Positions 16,655 to 29,942 of a stretch of 64,000 bases of DNA are shown in pieces. The notes beneath the pieces were generated by a model, which saw only the letters and a list, made by a program, of their open reading frames with translations, did no database searches and was not told where the DNA came from. Location of the stretch: positions 22,506,001 through 22,570,000 of the forward strand of contig OZ024761.1 in NCBI GenBank assembly GCA_964016885.1, in the 5' to 3' direction. Each line of letters starts with the position of its first letter. Position 1 is the first letter of the stretch. Origin of the DNA: Eledone cirrhosa (taxonomy: Eukaryota). The translations under genes were made by a program, and so were the position numbers.

Positions 16655-19600
16655 CTCACACTCGAGGTCCCACCTTCACTCAAAGCTCCACTCAAGGTCC
16701 CACTCACACTCGAGGTCACACTCACACTCAAAGCTCCACTCACACTCGAGGTCCCACACACTCAAAGCTCCACTCACTCAAACCTCCACTCACACTCAAA
16801 GTTCCACTCACACTCAAAGTTCCACTCACACTCAAAGTTCCACTCACACTCGAGGCTCCACTCACACTCGAGGCTCCACTCACACTCAAAGCTCCACTCA
16901 CACTCAAAGCTCCACTCACACTCAAAGCTCCACTCACACTCAAAGCTCCACACACACTCGAGGCTCAACTCACACTCGAGGCTCAACTAACACTCGAGGC
17001 TCCACTCACACTCAAAGCTCTACTCACACTCAAAGCTCCACTCACACTCGAGGTCCCACTCACTGAAAGCTCCACTCATTTAGCCAGCCTTTGCTGAAAA
17101 TTTAGCCAATTTCTGTTGAAAATTCACCCAATTTCTGTTGAAAATTTAGGCAATTTTTGTAGAAAATTCAGCCAATTTTTGTTGAAAATTCAGCCAATTT
17201 TTGTTGAAAATTCAGCCAATTTTTGTTGAAAATTCAGCCAATATTTGTTGAAAATTCAGCCAATTTTTGTTGAAAATTCAGCCAATTTTTGTTGAAAATT
17301 CAGCCAATTTTTGTTGAAAATTCAGCCAATTTTTGTTGAAAGTTCACCCAATTTCTGTTGAAAATTTAGGCAATTTTTGTAGAAAATTCAGCCAATTTTT
17401 GTTGAAAATTCAGACAATTTTTGTTGAAAATTCACCCAATTTCTGTTGAAAATTTAGGCAATTTTTGTAGAAAATTCAGCCAATTTTTGTTGAAAATTCA
17501 ACCAATTTTTGTAGAAAATTCAGCCAATTTTTGTTGAAAATTCAGCCAATTTTTGTAGAAAATTCAGCCAATTTTTGTTGAAAATTCAGCCAATTTTTGT
17601 TGAAAATTCAGCCAATTTTTGTTGAAAGTTTAGCCACATACACTCACACTCGAAGCTCCACTCACTCTCAAAGCTCCACACACACTCAAAGCTCCACTCA
17701 CACTCAAAGCTCCACTCACACTCAAAGTTCCACTCACACTCAAAGTTCCACTCACACTCGAGGCTCCTCACACTCAAAGCTCAACTAACACTCGAGGCTC
17801 CACTCACACTCAAAGCTCCACTCACACTCAAAGCTCCACTCACACTCGAAGCTCCACTCACACTCGAAGCTCCACTCACACTCAAAGCTCCACTCGCACT
17901 CGAGGTCCCACTCACTGAAAGCTCCACTCATTTAGCCAACCTTTGCTGAAAATTTAGCCAATTTCTGTTGAAAATTCACCCAATTTCTGTTGAAAATTTA
18001 GGCAATTTTTGTTGAAAACTCAGCCAATTTTTGTTGAAAATTCAGCCAATTTTTGTTGAAAATTTAGCCAATTTTTGTAGAAAATTCAGCCAACTTTTGT
18101 TGAAAATTTACGCAATTTTTGTTGAAAATTCAGCTAATTTTTGTAGAAAATTCAGCCAATTTTTGTTGAAAATTCAGCCAATTTTTGTTGAAAATTCAGC
18201 CAATTTTTGTTGAAAATTCAGCCAATTTTTGTTGAAAATTCAGCCAATTTTTGTTGACAATTCAGCCAATTTTTGTTGAAAATTCAGCCAATTTTTGTTG
18301 AAAATTCACCCAATTTCTGTTGAAAATTTAGGCAATTTTTGTAGAAAATTCAGCCAATTTTTGTTGAAAGTTCAGCCAATTTTTGTTGAAAATTCAGCCA
18401 ATTTTTGTTGAAAATTTAGCCACATACACTCACACTCGAAGCTCCACTCACACTCAAAGCTCCACACACACTCAAAGCTCCACTCACACTCAAAGCTCCA
18501 CTCACACTCAAAGTTCCACTCACACTCAAAGTTCCACTCACACTCGAGGCTCCACTCACACTCAAAGCTCAACTAACACTCGAGGCTCCACTCACACTCA
18601 AAGCTCCACTCACACTCAAAGCTCCACTCACACTCGAAGCTCCACTCACACTCGAAGCTCCACTTACACTCGAAGCTCCACTTACACTCAAAGCTCCACT
18701 CACACTCGAGGTCCCACTCACTGAAAGCTCCACTCATTTAGCCAACCTTTGCTGAAAATTTAGCCAATTTCTGTTGAAAATTCACCCAATTTCTGTTGAA
18801 AATTTAGGCAATTTTTGTTGAAAATTCAGCCAATTTTTGTTGAAAATTCAGCCAATTTTTGTTGAAAATTTAGCCAATTTTTGTAGAAAATTCAGCCAAC
18901 TTTTGTTGAAAATTTACGCAATTTTTGTTGAAAATTCAGCTAATTTTTGTAGAAAATTCAGCCAATTTTTGTTGAAAATTCAGCCAATTTTTGTTGAAAA
19001 TTCAGCCAATTTTTGTTGAAAATTCAGCCAATTTTTGTTGAAAATTCAGCCAATTTTTGTTGACAATTCAGCCAATTTTTGTTGAAAATTCAGCCAATTT
19101 TTGTTGAAAATTCACCCAATTTCTGTTGAAAATTTAGGCAATTTTTGTAGAAAATTCAGCCAATTTTTGTTGAAATTTCAGCCAATTTTTGTTGAAAATT
19201 CAGCCAATTTTTGTTGAAAATTTAGCCACATACACTCACACTCGAAGCTCCACTCACACTCAAAGCTCCACACACACTCAAAGCTCCACTCACACTCAAA
19301 GCTCCACTCACACTCAAAGTTCCACTCACACTCAAAGTTCCACTCACACTCGAGGCTCCACTCACACTCAAAGCTCAACTAACACTCGAGGCTCCACTCA
19401 CACTCAAAGCTCCACTCACACTCAAAGCTCCACTCACACCTCCACTCACACTCGAAGCTCCACTTACACTCAAAGCTCCACTCACACTCGAGGTCCCACT
19501 CACTGAAAGCTCCACTCATTTAGCCAACCTTTGCTGAAAATTTAGCCAATTTCTGTTGAAAATTCACCCAATTTCTGTTGAAAATTTAGGCAATTTTTGT

Positions 19601-19827
19601 TGAAAATTCAGCCAATTTTTGTTGAAAATTCAGCCAATTTTTGTTGAAAATTTAGCCAATTTTTTATGAAAGTTTCGCCAATTTTTTATGAAAGTTTCGC
19701 CAATATTTGCTGAAAACTTAGCTGAAATTTGTTGTGCATTTGAAGCTATATTTTAGCATGTATGTGTGATGGTGCTTGATTATGTGTCTGTAAAATGTGT
19801 TGTTGTGTGTATGCATATATATATATA

Positions 19828-19894
<67 letters not shown>

Positions 19895-19921
19895 ATATAT
19901 ATATATATATACACACACACT

Positions 19922-19961
<40 letters not shown>

Positions 19962-20234
19962 TACACACAACAACACATCAACACATATTACAGACACATA
20001 AGCGATACATGTGTATGTATGAATGTGTTTGATTATGTGTCTATCATATGTCTGTTGTGTGTATATACTGACAATACATTACTGAAAATAATATATATAT
20101 ATATATAATAAATAAATCAAGTAATACCTTAACACTTCACACAAAGTAAAACATTTCGTTTTAATCATTTTCTAACCCCCAAAAAAAGGAAAAAAATATA
20201 TTTTTCTTCCTCATAATCGTCTCTTTCTTCCTGT

Positions 20235-20285
<51 letters not shown>

Positions 20286-21090
20286 CTTACCACCTATAAC
20301 TTAGTGAACATAATAATATAACAAAAAATAAACTACTGTCTGTCTAAATATGTAAATATACATACATACATACATACACTCACACTCAAAGCTCCACTCA
20401 CACTCAAAGTTCCACTCACACTCAAAGTTCCACTCACACTCGAGGCTCCACTCACACTCAAAGCTCCACTCACACTCGAAGCTCCACTCACACTCGAAGC
20501 CCCACTCACACTCGAAGCTCCACTCACACTCGAAGCTCCACTCACACTCGAAGCTCCACTCACACTCAAAGCTCCACTCACACTCGAGGTCCCACTCACT
20601 GAAAGCTCCACTCATTTAGCCAACCTTTTTAGCCAATTTCTGTTGAAAATTCACCCAATTTCTGTTGAAAATTTAGGCAATTTTTGTTGAAAATTTAGGC
20701 AATTTTTGTTGAAAATTCAGCCAATTTTTGTTGAAAATTCAGCCAATTTTTGTAGAAAATTCAGCCAATTTTTGTTGAAAATTCAGCCAATTTTTGTTGA
20801 AAATTCAGACAATTTTTGTTGAAAATTCAGACAATTTTTGTTGAAAATTAAGCTAATTTTTGTAGAAAATTCAGCCAATTTTTGTTGAAAATTCAGACAA
20901 TTTTTGTTGAAAATTCAGCCAATTTTTGTTGAAAGTTTCGCCAATTTTTTATGAAAGTTTCGCCAATATTTGCTGAAAACTTAGCTGAAATTTGTTGTGC
21001 ATTTGAAGCTATATTTTAGCATGTATGTGTGATGGTGCTTGCTTATGTGTCTGTAAAATGTGTTGTTGTGTGTATGCATATATATATATA

Positions 21091-21133
<43 letters not shown>

Positions 21134-21560
21134 ATATATATATATATATACACACACACATATATATATATATATATATGCATACACACAACAACACATC
21201 AACACATATTACAGACACATAAGCGATACATGTGTATGTATGAATGTGTTTGATTATGTGTCTATCATATGTCTGTTGTGTGTATATACTGACAATACAT
21301 TACTGAAAATAATATATATATATATATAATAAATAAATCAACTAATACCTTAACACTTCACACAAAGTAAAACATTTCGTTTTAATCATTTTCTAACCCA
21401 GAAAAGAGAGAGAGAGAGACAAAAAAAAGGAAATAATATTTTTTTCTTCCTCATAATTTTCATATATAATCTTACCACCTATAACTTAGTGAACATAATA
21501 ATATAACAAAAAATAAACTACTGTCTGTCTAAATATGTAAACATACATACATACATACAT
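16655..21560. repeat. Bipartite satellite with higher-order structure plus a local segmental duplication
   Basis: Alternating blocks of 18-bp CTCAAAGCTCCACTCACA and 22-bp TTTTTGTTGAAAATTCAGCCAA; ~790-806-bp higher-order period; 19670-20375 duplicated at 20933-21560. Confidence 0.92.
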
Positions 21561-21602
21561 ACATACATACATACATACATACATACATACATACATACAT
21601 AC

Positions 21603-21637
<35 letters not shown>

Positions 21638-22109
21638 TGTGTGTGTATATATATATATGTATATATAATGTGTGTGCTTATATATATATATATATATATA
21701 TACATACATAATGTGTGTGTGTATATATATTTATATATGTGTATGACTTTGTGTGTGTGTGTGTATGTATATATATATATATATACGCACACACACACTC
21801 ATTATATATACATATATAATGTGTGTGTATTTGTCTCTCATAAATCAATCTTGTTTGTCCAGACAGTCTGTCTGTCTGTCTCTACTACACTCCCCCTCCC
21901 TCCCTCCACCACCACCCCCCTCCAATATAACTTGGCACCAGTCATCAGTATTTGTTACATACAACATCAATCCAGTTTTACCATTTGTTACATTGATTGA
22001 TTGATTGTTGTTGTTGTTGTTGTTGTTGTCAGTAACAGCAGCAGCTCCAGCAACAACATAGTCATGATAATAATAATGATAATAATAATGATAATGATGA
22101 TATACACAC

Positions 22110-22148
<39 letters not shown>

Positions 22149-22357
22149 CATGTATGTATATATATATACATGTATGTATGTATGTATGTATATATATATA
22201 TATGTATGTATATATATACATGTCTGTATATTTTATATATATATAAGTATGTATATATGTATATATATGTATGTATATATATATATATATGTATATGTAT
22301 GTATATATATATATGTATGTATATATATATGTGTATGTATATATGTATATATATATG

Positions 22358-22391
<34 letters not shown>

Positions 22392-22429
22392 TATGTATGT
22401 ATGTATATATATATATGTATGTATGTATG

Positions 22430-22460
<31 letters not shown>

Positions 22461-22489
22461 ATATGTATGTATGTATATATATATGTATG

Positions 22490-22521
<32 letters not shown>

Positions 22522-22566
22522 TGTATGTATGTATATATATGTATGTATATATGTATATATATATGT

Positions 22567-22906
22567 ATCATCATCATCATCATTTTATTTTACGTCTGCT
22601 TTTCCCTGCTTGCAAGGGTGGGACGGGAACTGATTCTGGCTTGATTTCTACAGCTGGATGCCCTTCCTAACACCAACCTCATTTACAGTGAGTGCAGGGT
22701 GCTTTTTTGCCGTGGCGCCTACATGTCCACTTTGCAGTGGAATAATAGGAACCTCAGTCCCTATCTTCTCATTTCTACAGCTGAGTAAACTGGAGCAATG
22801 TGAAATAAAGTGTCTTGCTCAAGGAAGCAACACATCACCCGGTCTGAGAATTGAACTCACAACCTTTCGATTGCAAGGCCAATTCTCTAACCACTAAGCC
22901 ATGTGC
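22567..22906 (-). mobile_element. tRNA-head/CORE-like SINE joined to an RTE-type 3' tail
   Basis: Minus strand A box TGGCTTAGTGG, B box GAGTTCAATTC, CORE-like CCTTGAGCAAGACACTTTATTTC; 3' end CCCGTCCCACCCTTGCAAGCAGGGAAAAGCAGACGTAAAA(TGA)n matches the LINE 3' end at 59175-59226. Confidence 0.7.
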
Positions 22907-23283
22907 TAAGCTATATGTATATGTGTATATATATATGTATGTATATATTTGAACTCGGGCTGTAAAGGGCCATATGTGCCACAAATCATAGTGTCTGGCG
23001 CTCTACCGATTCTGGTGCCATTCCACCGATATGGTATCAAAATAGTTAATAAAAGATGAGTGTATGATGAGTACTTTTAAATCTGGTGATGTTTCCATCT
23101 ATTTCTGGTGAATTAAGACAAAAGATCTGCTAATTAAAATGGCTGCCCTAACACAGGAGACAATGAGGAGATATATACAGTACTTTGGTTTGTGTCTTTG
23201 TTTTGTTTCTGTAATAGTGAAGGAGGAGGAGGTGAATGGCAGTCAGTAGAGCATCAAATAGAATGTTTCGTGGCATTTGTTGC

Positions 23284-23381
<98 letters not shown>

Positions 23382-23727
23382 CTTTCTCCCTCTATCTCTC
23401 TCTATCTCTCTCTCTCCCTCCTTCCCTCTGTGTTCTTGAGCAAGACACTTCATTTCGTGTTGCTTTTTGCCTGATAAGACTTGAGCCCCTGTCATTAAAA
23501 CACCTGAGAAACCAGTTCTGAGTTGCAACCTCATCGGATGCCGCAAAACCTGTCTAAGTGTGAGCTGTAAACTACATCTCACACACACACACACACACTG
23601 TTATACTTCAGTAGGGGATGCTACCAATATAAAACAGACGCACCTCTTGGATTTCACTTCAATTTATTATTATAACTTACCAGTTGGTTAGTTTGATACC
23701 TGGATGGTTGTTTAGTTGTTGATTATC

Positions 23728-23770
23728 ATCAAAGCTCTTTCGTCACACATACTGTGACCTCCTCAGTGAC
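23728..23770 (-). ncRNA. Type I hammerhead ribozyme motif (family A)
   Basis: Minus strand GUCA CUGAGGA G-GUCACA guaug UGUGAC GAAA GAGCU U|UGAU; short stem I, minimal stem III. Confidence 0.55.
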
Positions 23771-24166
23771 TACTTTTGTTATTTTTTCCCTTTCCTTTGA
23801 CCTGTCTTACATCATACACTTTTAGATAAAAAAGAAAATCTTGCAAAACAAATAGAAAATCAAAGTACATACATACATGTGTATATAAATATATATATAT
23901 ATATTTATATATATATCACACATTTATATATAGATATATATACACACATATATATGTGTGATTCAGAAGTACTTCTTTGTTAATTAGGCATGAACAGCAT
24001 TAAACGAGTTAATTGCGTTGAACAGACTGGCAGCATTCTGTGGTGAGATTACTAACTCCCTGTACGAAGAGTTTCATTGACATAGTATAGAGGAGAGAGA
24101 GAGCGAGTGAGATGAGAGATTGAGTGCGAGGGAGAGAGATGAAACGAGAGAGGAAGAGAGAGATAA

Positions 24167-24200
<34 letters not shown>

Positions 24201-25058
24201 AACGAGGGAGGAAGAGAGAGAGAGAGAGAGAGAGAAGGGAGAGCGAGTGAGATGAGAGATTGAGTGCGAGGGAGAGACGAGAGAGGAAGAGAGAGATAAG
24301 ATGAGAGAGAGAGAGAGAGCAAGAGATGGGAGCGGAGGAGAGAGAGCAAGAGAGGAGAGCGTGAGAGATGAGAGATTGAGAGAGATGGGAGAGAGACGAG
24401 AGAGAGAGAGAGAAGTAGCCGAAAGCTATTCTGAGATAATTACAGTTAGACAACAATTTAATAAAAGGTCCAGTACTGACCTCACACAAAATACTATCGA
24501 AGGAGAAGACAACCAACCTGTTGCCAACACCAACATATTCTGAACACCTTCGATGGAGGATGGTGGCGGTGGTGGGATGGTAATGGTGGTAGTGGTGGTG
24601 GTTGTGATGGTTGTCGTGATGGTTGTGGTAGCGGTTGTGGTGGTGGTAGCGGTTGTGATGGTAGCAGTGGTGGTGGTGGTGGTGGTAGTGATGGTGGTGG
24701 TGGTGGTGGTGGTGGTAGTGATAGTAGCAGTGGTGGTGGTTTATTAGTTTTAACCCTTTTACAGCCATACCACTAATGAAATCCATTCTATTTTCAGTTC
24801 GTTAATGAAGAATTTTGAGGCGTTTACTAAACTTATTTCATTACAAGAACATTTATTAAACAAATGGTTCTTATATAAAATTAAGTTGAACTTTTATAAA
24901 ATATTTGGCTTTGTTTCCTAGAAACAGAGTTGGTGGGTGGTGGGTGCAATATATCTCTCTCTCTCTCTATATATATATATATCCCGATGTCTTCCAAAAG
25001 TAACGGTTGCATTTTGTAAGGGTATGTCAATATTTATTTATAAAACTGGTATATATTG

Positions 25059-25123
25059 TATTTTGTCTGATGAAAGCATACCATAATTTAACATGGTATC
25101 CTTGAAATATGTATAATAAAATA
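25059..25123 (+). ncRNA. Type I hammerhead ribozyme motif (family B)
   Basis: UAUUUUGU CUGAUGA AAGCAUACCAU..AUGGUAUCCUU GAA AUAUGUAU A|AUAAAAUA; predicted cleavage after 25115. Confidence 0.75.
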
Positions 25124-25163
25124 GATATGGTTTTATAAATATAGTTTCAATTTGTTAATATCG

Positions 25164-25198
<35 letters not shown>

Positions 25199-25643
25199 TT
25201 TGTTCGATCATGGAATACCACAAGCTTGCATGTTACGTAAGTTGGATAAATGATTTCGGATTCATAGAAACACTTCGGACATTTTTTATCGTCCAATTTG
25301 TCCAGGTATTTTAACCTGTTAGTTCTTTCGTTACTTTGGTATTGTGTGGTTGGGTTTTATCTACCGCAATGTTCAATTTGTCAAGCTATTTAAACGTAAT
25401 GTTATTACTCTAAGGACCTACCCTTATTGAGTGCTTTGCTAACTCATTCCTTATTGTAGGTCGACTTTGTTTGCCACAGCCAAAGCTTCGATTTTACTAA
25501 GCTTCCACTAGCATATATATATATACACATACACACACATATATACATATATATATACATATTTGCTCTACGGTTCTTATATATTTGATATATATTTATC
25601 CTTATCGAGCCCTCTTTGGATTTTAGTCTTCACATTTATTATA

Positions 25644-25680
<37 letters not shown>

Positions 25681-26000
25681 TCATCACCGTTTTCCATCTG
25701 TTCTTCCATGCTAGCATGGGTTAGACGGGTTGTCCTTTGTGGGCAGTGTCCAATCGGTTGACCTTGTCTTGCTCATATGGGAACTGATTCTGGCTTGATT
25801 TCTACAGCTGCTTTCACCCTTAACAGGATCTTCTGAAAGTTTCAGATCCTGTTAAGGGTGAAAGCAGCGATTCTTTGCATAAACTTTAATCTGTTATTTT
25901 AATAAATATTTGCTCTACGTTTTTTTTTTTTATATTTTTATATATATATATTATCCTTATCGAGCCCTCTTCGGATTTTAGTCTTCACATTTATTATTAT

Positions 26001-26043
<43 letters not shown>

Positions 26044-26084
26044 TTCAAAATATTAACAAAAATAGAACTCCTTGTGATCAAGTA

Positions 26085-26151
26085 TATTTTATTATACATA
26101 TTTCAGAGGTACTGAGCTAACTTCAACAGTACGTCCTCATCAGATAAAATA
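26085..26151 (-). ncRNA. Type I hammerhead ribozyme motif (family B)
   Basis: Minus strand UAUUUUAU CUGAUGA GGACGUACUG..CAGUACCUCU GAA AUAUGUAU A|AUAAAAUA. Confidence 0.75.
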
Positions 26152-26710
26152 AGATGATACTTGACATACCCTGACATAGTAGATGGTTAAGATCCAGTCA
26201 TGGATCTAATATTAATATTAATAACTCCGGAAAACCATTACTGTTGAGTGCTTTCAATCTATTGTAAAACTAATTCTTCGATTCATTCATTGAACCTTGT
26301 TTAACCTTTAAATATATATATATATGTAGTTATAAGGTTTGTGATTTAAAATTCCAATCCAGAGATTTGATTCTGATCTGGTTTTTTTCTATTTAATTGT
26401 TTACTTGTAGATATTGTTCCCTATACAGTAACGGTAAAATCACTTGTAATAATTCTTTACACACTTCTCACTGTGTAACACATTTCTCTTTGTGTAATAT
26501 ATATATATATATAAGGAGATAATCTGTAAAGAATGTAAGATCACACAGTTCTGTAAAGAAACATTAAAATTTAACAAAAGATCCAAATATAATTACCTGG
26601 CAATAATTATTTGTATTCCTTTCTTGCTCTTGAAATATGTTTTACCAATAAATAGTGTAGTGCAGTTCAATAGTTCAATATGTTTGTCTTGTTACAGGTG
26701 GACTAGCCAA

Positions 26711-26845
26711 ATGAAAATGGAGAAACTTAAGCGAAGCTTAAGCTTCCGCAAGAAAAAAGACCACGTGCCCGAATGTTCAAAACCTCACCAATGGCTTGAG
26801 GATGAACGGAAGGTTCGAGAAGGGACCTGTAGTTTTCAAGTGAAG
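26711..26845 (+). CDS. numb: Numb, first coding exon seen (exon begins 26698; ATG 26711 or 26717)
   Basis: Translates [45 protein letters not shown], matching the Numb N-terminus (cf. human [42 protein letters not shown]). Acceptor ttgttacag|G at 26697/8; donor AAG|gtaaga at 26845/6; phase 0. Confidence 0.95.
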
Positions 26846-27021
26846 GTAAGAACGGCCATGTATATAATGTTTCTTCTTTCTCTTAATATACAGCACATGT
26901 CAAAACATTAGATTCTCCCTGGCCTGGCCCGGCCCCAGGGGTGTCACATTAAAATATGTATTGTGAATTAGTGTTAAAATGCTGACAAATTTTGAGAAAT
27001 AAAATCTTTTGTCGCTCAACA

Positions 27022-27215
27022 TTAACCCTTCAGCATTTAAACCGGTCGTATCCGGCCATATCCGGCCATATCTGGCCATATCCGGCCATATCCGGCCACA
27101 ATTCTCTCACCCCTTTCTGTTCAGACCAGCTGTAACTGGCCGGTCATACTGACATTAAGATATTGTTCTCAAAATAGATAATATCAAAATCTCATAGATC
27201 TGATATTAAGTGAGA
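27022..27215. mobile_element. Partial TTAA MITE family copy
   Basis: TTAACCCTTCAGCATTTAAACCGG, (ATATCCGGCC)n, CATACTGACATTAAGATATTGTTCTCAAAAT. Confidence 0.65.
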
Positions 27216-27594
27216 CTACACTCTACACCCTACACCCTCAACCCACACCCACCCACCCTCACATCACACCTCACCCACCCCATTCTACCTTTCCCACCAC
27301 ACCTCCCTCTACCCCTCACACCCCACCTATCCACCCTCTCACCACACCCTACTCTCTCCCATATTTTAATATTTTCAAACTACCCCCCCCCCCATCTACC
27401 ACCACCTACCCCACCCCTAACTCTCTGTTTGTTGTTGTTGTTGTTGTTGTTCTTTAAATATTTCATGTATAAATTCTCCAATATTTCTATAACCCCCTCC
27501 TCCCCCTCCCCCCTCCCACTTCTGTGACATTTTACTGTGGTGCCAGTTGTTGGCAACTGGCACCATTTTGGGCGGAAATTTACTCCACACAGAA

Positions 27595-28552
27595 CTTGGT
27601 GGTGGTGGTGTAGTGGTGTTGGTTGTAGTGGTGTTGGTTGTAGTGGTGGTGGTAGTAGTGGTGGTGGTGTTGTCTTGTTGGTAGTAGTGGTGGTGTAGTG
27701 GTGTTGGTTGTAGTGGTGGTGGTAGTAGTGGTGGTGGTGTTGTCTTGTTGGTAGTAGTGGTGGTGGTGGTGTAGTGGTGTTGGTAGTAGTGGTGTTGGTA
27801 GTAGTGGTGTTGGTAGTAGTAGTGGTGGTGTTGTCTTGTTGGTAGTAGTGGTGGTGTAGTGGTGTTGGTAGTAGTGGTGTTGGTAGTAGTAGTAGTGGTG
27901 GTGTTGTCTTGTTGGTAGTAGTGGTGGTGGTGGTGTAGTGGTGTTGGTAGTAGTGGTGTTGGTAGTAGTAGTGGTGGTGTTGTCTTGTTGGTAGTAGTGG
28001 TGGTGGTGGTGGTGTAGTGGTGTTGGTTGTAGTGGTGGTGGTAGTAGTAGTGGTGGTGTTGTCTTGTTGGTAGTAGTGGTGGTGGTGGTGTAGTGGTGTT
28101 GGTAGTAGTAGTGGTGGTTGTAGTGGTGGTGGTAGTAGTGGTGGTGGTAGTAGTGGTGGTGGTGTTGTCTTGTTGGTAGTAGTAGTAGTGGTGGTGGTGT
28201 AGTGGTGTAGTGGTGTTGGTAGTAGTGGTGTTGGTAGTAGTGGTGTTGGTAGTAGTAGTGGTGGTGTTGTCTTGTTGGTAGTAGTGGTGGTGGTGGTGTA
28301 GTGGTGTTGGTTGTAGTGGTGGTGGTAGTAGTGGTGGTGGTGTTGTCTTGTTGGTAGTAGTAGTAGTGGTGGTGGTGTAGTGGTGTAGTGGTGTTGGTAG
28401 TAGTGGTAGTGGTGGTGGTGGTGTAGTGGTGTTGGTTGTAGTAGTAGTGGTGGTGGTAGTAGTGGTGGTGTTGGTTGTAGTAGTAGTGGTGGTGTTGGTT
28501 GTAGTGGTCGTGGTGGTGGTGGTGGTGTTAGTTGTAGTAGTAGTAGTAGTAG
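27595..28552. repeat. Complex (GGT/AGT)n repeat with a recurrent GGTGTTGTCTTGTT motif
   Basis: Direct reading. Confidence 0.9.
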
Positions 28553-28623
28553 TATGTGTGTGTATATATGTTTATATATATATATATGTATGTATGTTTG
28601 TGTGTGTATATATATATATGTAT

Positions 28624-28668
<45 letters not shown>

Positions 28669-28934
28669 TATGTGTGTTTATGTGTGTGTATATATATATA
28701 TATAAGTGTATGTGTGTGTGTATGTACATAAATATAATATAAATGGATGGATTGATAGAGAGACAGATAGAGTAAAAGTCAATGAACCACTCCTTGATAA
28801 GCTGCCAGGAGTGGTGGTCATATAATTGGAAGCACCTAATCAGTTTCATCTTAATTAGCTCCCCCACCCTCCACCCCCAAACTTTTGTAGCCTAGATTCC
28901 TCTTTTTCATACACTCACATATACACACACACAC

Positions 28935-28972
<38 letters not shown>

Positions 28973-29681
28973 TCACACTCACTCGAATATACACACACAC
29001 ACACATACATATGCACACACATATATATAACTGTGTAAAATTGTTTCGTTTGTTTCATTTATTGATTTTATATATATATATATATAAATTGGTGCTACTG
29101 GTAACATGTATCCCAGTACAACCTGTCTCATGGTCGGGTCGTTGGCGACTAAACTGGCAACCCCACCAAGGTTTCTTGGTGAAAAGGGTGACTTCGGACA
29201 TCCTGCAGGACTAAAAACAAAACCTGTCAAAGGGCAAAGGAGCTCTTAAGAGTCAATGGCCATCCAAAATCACCGGGAGAGATGACCCCTTAGCCTTTGT
29301 CAAGGCAGAATTCTAGGAGAAGGAAAACTCTGATATAACACCTGCAACCCTGATGGTATCCAATGATGTTGACTTGTTCTTCTTTTTGGTAAATATCATC
29401 TTGGTTAAGAGAGTGGGACTGGCTTTGTGCAGTGCCTTTGCTCACTCTAAAAGCTTCACGGCACAGGCATTGCTTTATATCTGGAGATCTCTCTGCACTT
29501 GTCATCACATGGTACCATGGGCCCAGCACTATGTGTCAGTAATTGTCACAAGTGTAGTGTTTGTGCCAGAGTTTTCAAGTCGCTGGCTGGACTAAAAAGT
29601 CACACTCGTTCAGCGCATCGGTAGGGGTTCTCCTACATGGATATAAAGTAGTGGCCGTACTCGAAAACGAGTTGGCAGCCA

Positions 29682-29717
<36 letters not shown>

Positions 29718-29890
29718 GTGGAACACTGGAAGGTAATATCCGTAGTGGTAGAGCACTCAGTCCAAGGGACGAGTTAGGTAGAAGCGGTTACACAACAGTT
29801 AGTTCACCATACCGAGAACAATTGTTTCAGCTCGGGATGTGTATGGTTATAGGAGCAGGAAGGGTTGTCCTTCCTGTTTCTATGACCATA

Positions 29891-29942
29891 CACATCCCGA
29901 GCTGAAGAGCCGCGAAGGTGAAACAATTGTTCTCGGTATGGT
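29891..29942 (+). ncRNA. Type I hammerhead ribozyme motif (family C)
   Basis: CCGAG CUGAAGA GCC gcgaa GGU GAA ACAAUUGU U|CUCGG; palindromic stem III, GUU triplet. Confidence 0.7.

Noticed and set aside
21935-21955. Isolated CTGANGA matches (also ~4097, 8171, 41464, 42970, 62857)
   Set aside because: No stem II-GAAA-stem III-stem I arrangement could be paired.
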